From Promethearchaeota archaeon (GTDB lineage Archaea > Asgardarchaeota > Lokiarchaeia > Sigyniarchaeales > SOKP01), in assembly GCA_019894975.1 (NCBI GenBank), contig JAGXNO010000043.1, forward strand, positions 1 through 28,250: a DNA stretch of 28,250 nt, read 5' to 3'. How positions within the stretch are numbered: the first letter of the stretch is position 1; each line of letters begins with the position of its first letter. Under the pieces are notes generated by a model. It had not been told where the DNA came from. It searched no databases and worked only from the letters and a program-made list of their open reading frames with translations. Below are positions 18,143 through 25,712 of the stretch, piece by piece. The translations under genes and the position numbers were made by a program.

Positions 18143-18781
18143 TTAATATTTCTTCTTTCTTCTTCTTCCCCTGACAAATTGTTTATTCATTTTTACTGCG
18201 TACTGTTCCATTTTAGATACAATTGCTCTACAATTTAACCCACTAAAATGCATAGATCCTTCAATATTAAATTCTTTATACACTTCATCATTTAAAACAA
18301 AGTAAAATCTATATTCGTTATTATTATGATAACCAGCATGCTTATACATTTGAATCAGGTCAAATTCGGACCAATTTACTTCAAAAATCGGTTGTCTTGG
18401 AACTACTATTTTAATACCTTTCGGTGAAATGGAAAAGATTCTACGTACGCCCGAACCACGATAAACCCATAAAATGTATAACAAACCAATGATACTAACT
18501 CCTCCAACGAGTACAATAAAAAGACCTGCGACAACAGCTGCTTGAAATGCTGGCCATACACTTGGTGCTACCACCAAAGAGAAGTAAAATACAATACCAA
18601 TAAAAATTATACAGCAAAATGAAAAACAGTTTTTTCTAGCCCTCATAGTCTGAGATATTTCAAAGGGTTGAAAATCAGATGTAACCATATTAGCTCCGCA
18701 AGATTGGCAAAATTTTCCCTCTTTTTTATTTTCTTTACCACATACAGGACAATTTGTCATTGCATTCAGATTTTCGCTCAT
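18143..18781 (-). CDS. Zinc-ribbon membrane protein (N-terminal CxxC-x10-CxxC, 2 TM, C-terminal PH-like beta domain)
   Basis: CPVCGKENKKEGKFCQSCG and two TM helices. FSISPKGIKI...EVNWSEF resembles bacterial PH-like domains. Polybasic C-terminus. Confidence 0.75.
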   Translation of the reverse strand: MSENLNAMTNCPVCGKENKKEGKFCQSCGANMVTSDFQPFEISQTMRARKNCFSFCCIIFIGIVFYFSLVVAPSVWPAFQAAVVAGLFIVLVGGVSIIGLLYILWVYRGSGVRRIFSISPKGIKIVVPRQPIFEVNWSEFDLIQMYKHAGYHNNNEYRFYFVLNDEVYKEFNIEGSMHFSGLNCRAIVSKMEQYAVKMNKQFVRGRRRKKKY

Positions 18782-19004
18782 TTATATCAATTCTTTTAAT
18801 AATAAGATATAAACTAAAATATAAATTGCGTCGTATTTAAAGCTACTAGGACTGAATTTATTTTCTTGTCAAATTTGTAAATAAGAGAAATTATATAAAA
18901 AAAAAAACATAGACTATTTTAAATGCTTATTATCAGGATATTTAAGTGCATTTTCAGGATATATAAAGGAGATTAACCAGATAAACAAATTAAATTAGAT
19001 TTCA

Positions 19005-19472
19005 ATGGAACCGTATTCAGCTTATAATATAAAAAGGAAAAAAAGGAAAATCCATAATTCTATAAATTTTGATATTATTTTAAAAAAAGTCTTCAAGAGC
19101 CAACCTGGTATTAAAAAAGTAATTTTAGTAGATAAAACGGGGAAGACTATTGCAAGCGTATCGAAATTTTCTTATTTTTCAGTTGCTGTAGATTCTATCG
19201 GAGCTACTGTGAGTGCAATCTTTTGCGCAAGCGAAGAGCAAGGAAAAAATCTTGAATTAGGAAGATTAGAAATAATCACTTCAGAATTTGAAAATGGAAA
19301 AATAATTGCATCTAATTTTTGTTCAGATGCAGTTCTCACTTTAATTTGCGATTCTGATCTTAATATTGGTTTAATTAGGCTTGTTTTAGCAAGAGCTGTA
19401 AGTGAAGTGAAAGATAATTTTCTATTAAAATTTTCAAACACTTTAGATTTTTATGATTTTTCAGATTTGTAA
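19005..19472 (+). CDS. Roadblock/LC7 (MglB-like) domain protein
   Basis: GIKKVILVDKTGKTIAS, IGATVSAIFCASEEQGKNLELGRLEIITSEFENGKI, AVLTLICDSDLNIGLIRL form a typical roadblock pattern. Confidence 0.9.
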   Translation: MEPYSAYNIKRKKRKIHNSINFDIILKKVFKSQPGIKKVILVDKTGKTIASVSKFSYFSVAVDSIGATVSAIFCASEEQGKNLELGRLEIITSEFENGKIIASNFCSDAVLTLICDSDLNIGLIRLVLARAVSEVKDNFLLKFSNTLDFYDFSDL

Positions 19473-19622
19473 TTATTATTAAAGAAAAAGTTGGCAACCT
19501 ATTTTCCGTTTGAAAGCTAAGACTTTAGTTATGAGAAATAAGAGACAACGAATTGAACTATTGACGAGGAAATCTATTAAATACTTAAATTTCATACTAT
19601 TAAGTAAAACTATAATCTCATA

Positions 19623-19880
19623 TTGGGAGGTTTGGATTTGAAGAGAAAAATGGATTTCATGCTTTTTATGGGTATATTCTTTTTTAGTTTTGGAATAATC
19701 TCCATTTCCTATGGAATTATTGTCTTAATTATTAGAGTGTCTTTTGGGTTTATAGGAATTATGTATGTGAAGGATATCCTTTTTGATCTTGTTTTTCTAC
19801 TTCTCGGGTTTCTTTTAATTAGGCAAAAAAAGCACCCTAATCCTCGAAAACGTCAGTTAAAATTCAATTACAAAAACTAA
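19623..19880 (+). CDS. Small 2-TM hypothetical protein
   Basis: Two hydrophobic helices and a basic tail. GGAGG at ~19626 suggests the true start is TTG 19638 or ATG 19650. Confidence 0.55.
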   Translation: MGGLDLKRKMDFMLFMGIFFFSFGIISISYGIIVLIIRVSFGFIGIMYVKDILFDLVFLLLGFLLIRQKKHPNPRKRQLKFNYKN

Positions 19881-19936
19881 AATCTGAGTTTACCTACCTG
19901 TTTTAAAAAGGAAAGCACATCTCTTAACTGGAGAAA

Positions 19937-20539
19937 TTAGGTTGGGATAGTTATATCTAACTCTAGGGAAGGATCAAACCATATGACAAAAACTACTAGT
20001 AATGTGAGCAATAATAGAATGCTAATATATAGATGTTTTTTCGTATTAGCTTGTCTTTCTACTTGTTCTCTCTGTAACTCCCCTTTTATTCTACCTGGAC
20101 TTGGTGTTAAATTTGACTGAGGTACTGTACCTATATGCCCTATAAATTTACCTTGTCGTTTAGTCCTGTAATAGAAGGTTGAGGCAGAGGCTGAAAATGG
20201 ACGTCTTTTTATAGCAATGATAATAAGATAGGGGATCTCGAAAAACAAGAAGAATCCCATAAAATGAGCAAGGATTACTAAAGGGATTAAATACATCCAA
20301 CTACCAACCATTAGAGCCGTCCCATAATTAGCATACAACATCTCACCCAAATTGAAACTTCGAATACCCAGAATTAATAGAGTACAGGCGCAAATAATAC
20401 CTATTATCGATAAAATGATATTACTCTGAACAAGAATCAATGCGAAAAATATCACAAAAAAATGCAGTACGCCAAAGATCGCATCTACATAGTTTAAGGG
20501 TTCTTTCTTATTTTTGATAGTAGTTGTCATTTCAGACAT
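19937..20539 (-). CDS. Hypothetical membrane protein (~5 TM)
   Basis: Four N-terminal helices, a basic loop and one C-terminal helix. Confidence 0.75.
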   Translation of the reverse strand: MSEMTTTIKNKKEPLNYVDAIFGVLHFFVIFFALILVQSNIILSIIGIICACTLLILGIRSFNLGEMLYANYGTALMVGSWMYLIPLVILAHFMGFFLFFEIPYLIIIAIKRRPFSASASTFYYRTKRQGKFIGHIGTVPQSNLTPSPGRIKGELQREQVERQANTKKHLYISILLLLTLLVVFVIWFDPSLELDITIPT

Positions 20540-20555
20540 TTTTACGGATTTTTGT

Positions 20556-20571
20556 AATATATATAAGTTTT
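20556..20571 (-). promoter_or_regulatory. Putative TATA box for a near-leaderless transcript of 19937..20539
   Basis: The minus strand reads aaaaacttatatatatt about 20-30 nt upstream of the ATG, with no SD visible. Confidence 0.45.
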
Positions 20572-20579
20572 AACTTTAT

Positions 20580-21458
20580 TTATTCACGTTCTCTTAATTC
20601 AATGGCATATATAATATCTTTGTCTAATTTTAATTTTCTCAATATATTTTCTACAAGTTCTTTACTTCGATCTTTTTGATAATCAATGTAAATCACTAAC
20701 GGAAATGTACAACAGATAGCCAATAGGGGACTAAACAATCCAAGTATCATACTTAATTGGTTTTCTGGTGTCATAGGGCCACTTGACGGACCAAATCTAG
20801 CTAACAATATAGCTGATAAATTAAAAATGAAAACTATTCCGACATAACCTTTTATAATAGTGTAAAAACCACTACTACCCAATTTTGTAAATTCAAAATC
20901 AACTCCCTTACTTTTTTTCGTAGAAACAACACCTGCATCAAATATAAACCATACGGGGACAACCACAAGCGTACAAGGAATAACGACTAGCCATAATAGT
21001 TGTAATAAAGTGTCAACATCTGGGATGGAGTATTGGGCAGTGGGATGAACGCTTCTCATAAATTGTACGATGAACTCTTGAGACGCTAAATTATAGCAAA
21101 CATTAAACACAAATAAAGCTAAAAGTGTAGATCTTCCGAAAATTCTATTGACTAAAGAAATACCATCTAACCTTTTAGTAGGAGCTAATCCCAGATTCTT
21201 CTTTTTTGCTGTTGATTTAAAAATAAGTTTTGAAACTAAAGGTGATACAATATATAGTGAAAATAGACCTGTAATCATAATCATTACGGGATACATTAGA
21301 ATAGCAAACATCCATTCTATTTGATTGTTACCTATTGTAATGTAATACCCTTCAGGACCTAACGGTGGAATAAGGCTAAAAGCAACTATTACTAAGATGA
21401 CAACAGCTATAAAAATGCCCATTAAAATAAGATAAATCCTTTTATTTTCTGAACTCAT
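20580..21458 (-). CDS. Hypothetical membrane protein (~6 TM)
   Basis: Six hydrophobic helices and a conserved-looking PVWFIFDAGVV ... KGYVGI segment. Confidence 0.78.
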   Translation of the reverse strand: MSSENKRIYLILMGIFIAVVILVIVAFSLIPPLGPEGYYITIGNNQIEWMFAILMYPVMIMITGLFSLYIVSPLVSKLIFKSTAKKKNLGLAPTKRLDGISLVNRIFGRSTLLALFVFNVCYNLASQEFIVQFMRSVHPTAQYSIPDVDTLLQLLWLVVIPCTLVVVPVWFIFDAGVVSTKKSKGVDFEFTKLGSSGFYTIIKGYVGIVFIFNLSAILLARFGPSSGPMTPENQLSMILGLFSPLLAICCTFPLVIYIDYQKDRSKELVENILRKLKLDKDIIYAIELRERE

Positions 21459-21562
21459 AAATCTACATTTATCATACCTCTTATAAAAGAATTTCGAAAT
21501 TTTCCTATTGTTAATAACTCAAAAAAGGATAGCCCTATTTAATAATAACCTAAACCTCAACT

Positions 21563-22039
21563 TTATTTTTTTTTAATTACCCCTTCTCCATTACAGTTTT
21601 CACAATATTGAGTAGTTTTCCCTACAGGATTGAATGCAAACATTTCACTCGGATAGGATGACATAATTGTTTGAGATCCTTTTCCAGAACATAATGGACA
21701 AATTTCATATCCCAGTTTTAATTTAAGATCTCTAATAATTTTTTTGAGCTCTTCTATTTTATTGGTTTGCCCTTCTATTATTAAATTCTGTGTATATGAA
21801 ACATCCTGCAAATAACTTCTAATGTAGTCCATATTTTCTTCAATAGTCTTTGTTTTCAATTCTGTTCCACATTTTGGACAAATTTTTTCCATATTTTCAA
21901 TGACACTTTTACAATTCGGGCATTCGTTAATTTCATTCAGAAGTTTTAAGTTTTCCATAAGTTTTTCAGCAAAAATAACAAAACCGGGTTTTCTTTGTAT
22001 TTTCTTTCTATTCTTTTTACTTCTTTTTTTACTTTTCAT
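21563..22039 (-). CDS. Zinc-ribbon + coiled-coil + DnaJ-type CxxCxGxG zinc-finger protein
   Basis: CPNC...CPKCG, a heptad-like segment NKIEELKKIIRDLKLKL, then CPLCSGKG and CENCNGEG. Confidence 0.75.
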   Translation of the reverse strand: MKSKKRSKKNRKKIQRKPGFVIFAEKLMENLKLLNEINECPNCKSVIENMEKICPKCGTELKTKTIEENMDYIRSYLQDVSYTQNLIIEGQTNKIEELKKIIRDLKLKLGYEICPLCSGKGSQTIMSSYPSEMFAFNPVGKTTQYCENCNGEGVIKKK

Positions 22040-22454
22040 TTTTAACTTACAAGTCCTTTATTATTTTTAATTTCGAATAATCTTAAAGATCTCCAAAATT
22101 AGTGATAGATCCTTTTTTACCTTGACTTGATTGAATCATTCTTGCAGCTTTTTGAGAGGGATGTAATTCTGATATTTTTCCCAAGATTTTAGACTCTTCT
22201 CCTATGTCTTTATCATGAATCTATATCTTTTTGTCTTTTTATATATTTCTCAAACAAGGTTTTTTTAATTTCAAACTTTTCAATTTTTTTTTGTAACTTC
22301 TCATCGATTCAAAATTATCTTATACTGGAACACTACAGGTCTTGTTTACTATCAACTCTCCAAAAATAGTGTGATTGGGGACTTTTATAGTCTTTTACAG
22401 AACAAAAGTGAAAAAAAATGAAGTTTGGTATTTGAATTAGTGAGTATTATAAAA

Positions 22455-22787
22455 CTATTCTGGAGGAGGTTCCATTCCTAAAATCTTATAAGCTTCTGGA
22501 ACAGTCATATATGTCTCTATTTGATATTTATATCCTTCAACTTCTAAAGCTGTTTCTTGATATTGTTTGGCAACTGCCTCTACGTACTCCTCTACTTTAC
22601 CCTTGGTAACATTACCTACGAATAGAGCTTTTATACCTTCTAACGTTGCTTTCACTCCAATTACCAGCCCTTCTCCAAGAGAAGGATCAGCAGGATATTT
22701 TTGAATCAATTCAATATTCTTCTTCGCAACTTCGCTTGATTTTGCATGCGGAAATAAGACTGTCGCTACTATTAAAACCATTCTCAC
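22455..22787 (-). CDS. Small hypothetical protein, paralog of 23488..23826
   Basis: Shares P..K..AKK....K.P.D.S....IGV..T..G...EVEG.K...E....EAYKI(L/I)GM with 23488..23826. The start may be the ATG at 22781. Confidence 0.8.
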   Translation of the reverse strand: MRMVLIVATVLFPHAKSSEVAKKNIELIQKYPADPSLGEGLVIGVKATLEGIKALFVGNVTKGKVEEYVEAVAKQYQETALEVEGYKYQIETYMTVPEAYKILGMEPPPE

Positions 22788-23072
22788 ATACCTTGTTTTT
22801 TATTAATTTTCTTGGATTTGCAGTAAAAGATAATAAAGTGCTCTACTATTTAAAAGTTAACAAATTTGTCTATATACTCTTTTTCCTAAAAAGAAAGAAA
22901 ATAAAAGAATTGCATGTGTCACAGTTAGAAATCAAATACTTCTTTTGTGATTTCACGGAAGATCCCTCCCGCAGGTTAACCATCGAGTGACTAGAATTAA
23001 GCTAATTCGAGGTAACTAAACCAAGATTCTTAGGAATTTCAATGTTTTTTAGAATGTTGATTAAATTACTAT

Positions 23073-23309
23073 TTATTTATCATATTTCTCTCTCAAAAAA
23101 TCTTCAGAGTTTAAGAAAATTTCACAGTCACAAAATCCTCCAGAATTCCTACAATCATTCAGAAATTCTTCTTTTTCTTCTTTCTTTATATGCATTTCTT
23201 CTAATATAATCTCTGCATTTGTCAAATCGTGACCATTACACCCATTTGTTTCTAATAAAACCTCTAAACGATTAAAAAATCTTTCTAAATCTCGTTTATT
23301 CATGTTCAT
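23073..23309 (-). CDS. DUF2695-like small Cys-rich protein
   Basis: CNGHDL...GGFCDCEIFLN matches the C.H.....GG.CDCE(V/I)..N pattern I associate with DUF2695. Confidence 0.75.
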   Translation of the reverse strand: MNMNKRDLERFFNRLEVLLETNGCNGHDLTNAEIILEEMHIKKEEKEEFLNDCRNSGGFCDCEIFLNSEDFLREKYDK

Positions 23310-23400
23310 TTACCTTTTTATTATTTAAACATCCCATACTTAATTTTACCATAATAATATTATTAAATTTATTAACTATTCACACTTTTTGATAAAAATG

Positions 23401-23415
23401 TAAAAATTTATATAA
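23401..23415 (+). promoter_or_regulatory. Putative BRE/TATA for 23488..23826
   Basis: taaaaatttatataa in the divergent intergenic region. GAGGTGG SD-like sequence at 23485-23491. Confidence 0.4.
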
Positions 23416-23487
23416 CTCGGTGAAATTACCAATTTATCGAAATCTAATTAAAAATGGGTTTGTTTTTCCAAATTTAAATAAGAAGAG

Positions 23488-23826
23488 GTGGTAATAATTA
23501 CATTACTTTTAACAAGATCTGTTTATCCATTGAGGTTGGGTTCTAAAGCTGGGAAAAAATATGTGGATTGGGTAAAAGATAATCCTCCAGATAATAGTAT
23601 AACAAAAATCTTAAGCATTGGTGTTGGATCAACCGAAGATGGAGATATTTTGGTTATCGGTATCAACCAGATAATGCCCGGAAAAGAGAAGGAAGCATTA
23701 GAGTTAGCTGCTAAACAAAATGTGTTTCTTTCAACTGAAGTTGAGGGTTTAAAAATCAAGTCTGAGGTTATTTGGGATCTAGCTGAGGCATACAAGATAA
23801 TAGGAATGTCAGGTCCTGACACATAA
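23488..23826 (+). CDS. Small hypothetical protein, paralog of 22455..22787
   Basis: Visible end-to-end similarity to 22455..22787. The start is uncertain because the GTG overlaps the SD-like GAGGTGG, so a non-canonical ATA/ATT start just downstream is possible. Confidence 0.78.
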   Translation: MVIITLLLTRSVYPLRLGSKAGKKYVDWVKDNPPDNSITKILSIGVGSTEDGDILVIGINQIMPGKEKEALELAAKQNVFLSTEVEGLKIKSEVIWDLAEAYKIIGMSGPDT

Positions 23827-23916
23827 CCTGAGAACCATAAAATATCTTTTTTTTTTATTCTTTTTATATGTTTCTCAAACAAGATTCATAATGACGTTAT
23901 TCTTATTAAGAGCATT

Positions 23917-24864
23917 TTATTTGCTTTTCAGTAAATCCTTCCCATTTAGAGCTTTTAGATTTTCTGGATAATACTCTAAAATTTCATTATAAATTTGTAA
24001 AGCTCTATCGTATTCTTTTATTCTAACATATACTTGGGCAATACCTAATAATGCATCTAGATTGATTGGATTAATATTTCTTGCATGGAGAAACGATTCA
24101 AGAGCTTTCCTTTTTTTATTAGCATCCAAATAGTTATAGCCACAATTTATCCAAATATTTACATCTAAAATTAATTTGAATAATTCTTTTCTTTCTTCTT
24201 TATTAAAATAATTCAGATATCCATTTTCGAGTAAATATTGTTGTGTAGAAAAGTTGAAACTTTCAAACCGTAATCTAGTTTCTTGTTTAAATACTTCCTT
24301 TGCGATTGGATCTCCAGCATCTGTTATTGCTTTTAATAGTGGATATGCCAAATTACTATGAAGTAAACGAGGATTATAATTGTATTCTGCCCATACTTGC
24401 AAATTAGAACAATGAGCCCAAAATTCTGTTTCGGTCGGTATTTTAGTTTTGATTTTATTTTGAAATTCTAGATCATGATTTAACATTTCAGCCGCTTCGT
24501 CAATTGAATCAATATCATCGAAATCTCTAACCTTATCAAAAGGAATATTTAATAACAAGAATTTACATTGAAGGAATGGTTTTCCCTCTACGTATATAGT
24601 CGTTGCTTTGTGTTCAAGTTTTAACGTGAGATAGTCATTAATTTGATATTCTTTTTTAGGACGTTCTTTTTTTTTCCATATATAATCGATAAGAAGAAAG
24701 GAGCTTACTTGCTGAATAAGAATAACTATCATCGCTATTAAGTAGTACCACAAAGAAGGTGGGATTTGTAAGAGGTATCTAGACAATTCTAAAGAGATAA
24801 TATCAATTAATCCTATAAGAATTGTACTTTTGATTATGTTTCTTTTATATTTTGTGGGATCCAT
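23917..24864 (-). CDS. Membrane-anchored protein with a Lokiarchaeia-type conserved domain (EFWAHCSNLQ.W) and C-terminal TPRs
   Basis: Two N-terminal TM helices. INDYLTLKLE..TTIYV.G..F.QCKFLLLNIP...SIDEAAE...EFWAHCSNLQVWAE..Y..RLLHSNLAYPLLK.ITDAGDPIAK. TPRs WINCGYNY...ALESF.HA..INP and ALLGIAQVY....EYDRALQIYNEILEYYP. Confidence 0.8.
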   Translation of the reverse strand: MDPTKYKRNIIKSTILIGLIDIISLELSRYLLQIPPSLWYYLIAMIVILIQQVSSFLLIDYIWKKKERPKKEYQINDYLTLKLEHKATTIYVEGKPFLQCKFLLLNIPFDKVRDFDDIDSIDEAAEMLNHDLEFQNKIKTKIPTETEFWAHCSNLQVWAEYNYNPRLLHSNLAYPLLKAITDAGDPIAKEVFKQETRLRFESFNFSTQQYLLENGYLNYFNKEERKELFKLILDVNIWINCGYNYLDANKKRKALESFLHARNINPINLDALLGIAQVYVRIKEYDRALQIYNEILEYYPENLKALNGKDLLKSK

Positions 24865-25026
24865 TATTACTTATTTCATTCTCTCTTTCTTTATATTAAT
24901 TTTTATTCTTAAATGTTTCAAATATAATAGAAATTGTCCAAATAATAATTAGGTGATGATTATTAATATTATTTTTTGTTCTATGACAAAAAGGTTTGGT
25001 ATAGTCATCTCTAAAAAGAATTCTAA

Positions 25027-25656
25027 AAAAGAATTGATTCGGATCTTGATTTAAATAGGTTAATCCATAATTTAGGAGTAGATTACGAGATGCCTTTAGT
25101 AGCTTACAAACGATATCCTGTAGGCGGTCCAATCCAACCCAGCTTTGAGGGATTATTAGAGTTAATAAAAAAGATAGACCGAACATCAATCGTTAAAATT
25201 GAAATAAAGATGCCGGGAAATATAAGAGCTTTCGCTGAAGCGGCAATGCCAGCCTTAAATTTACGATATTTAGCAGCTGTTATTTTAGAAGATGGTGACC
25301 TTTCCTTTAACATGGCACAATCTCATGAACGTATGTCCACTGAAACAATTAGAGAAAAAATGGATTATGTTACCTTAATCCACGATCCCAATCAAGAAAA
25401 AGAGCCCAGAGTAGAATCAGCACTAGTAAATGTGATATTAAAAAATGGTGAACATCATGAGATTTTCATCGAGCACGTCCTTGGGTTCCCTGAACGACCT
25501 ATGAATCACCAAGATGTTGAAAATAAAGCTAAAAGCTTAATTACACCAATATTAGGTCACTCAAAAGCACATAGATTAATTGAAACAATATGGAATCTTG
25601 AAACCTTATCAAATATCCAAACAATTATTCCATTATTAATTCCACCAGATAATTAA
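25027..25656 (+). pseudogene. Truncated MmgE/PrpD-family gene (C-terminal ~45% only)
   Basis: YKRYPVGGPIQP, G.P..PM...DVE.K and LIETIWNLE are MmgE/PrpD C-terminal motifs. Family-like sequence (DLNRLIHNLGVDYE) continues upstream of ATG 25090 to an in-frame TAA at 25024-25026. There is no room for the N-terminal domain before the neighbour at 24864. Confidence 0.75.
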
Positions 25657-25712
25657 TCAACCCAATATTTTACAAGTTATTGAAAAAAAAGAGAGAGATA
25701 ATAAAACAATTA

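Noticed and set aside
22083-22220. Start-less 45-codon open stretch on the minus strand (IHDKDIGEESKILGK...GSITNFGDL*)
   Set aside because: It could be a gene remnant, but it has no convincing start near its 5' end and no recognisable homology; too short to support.
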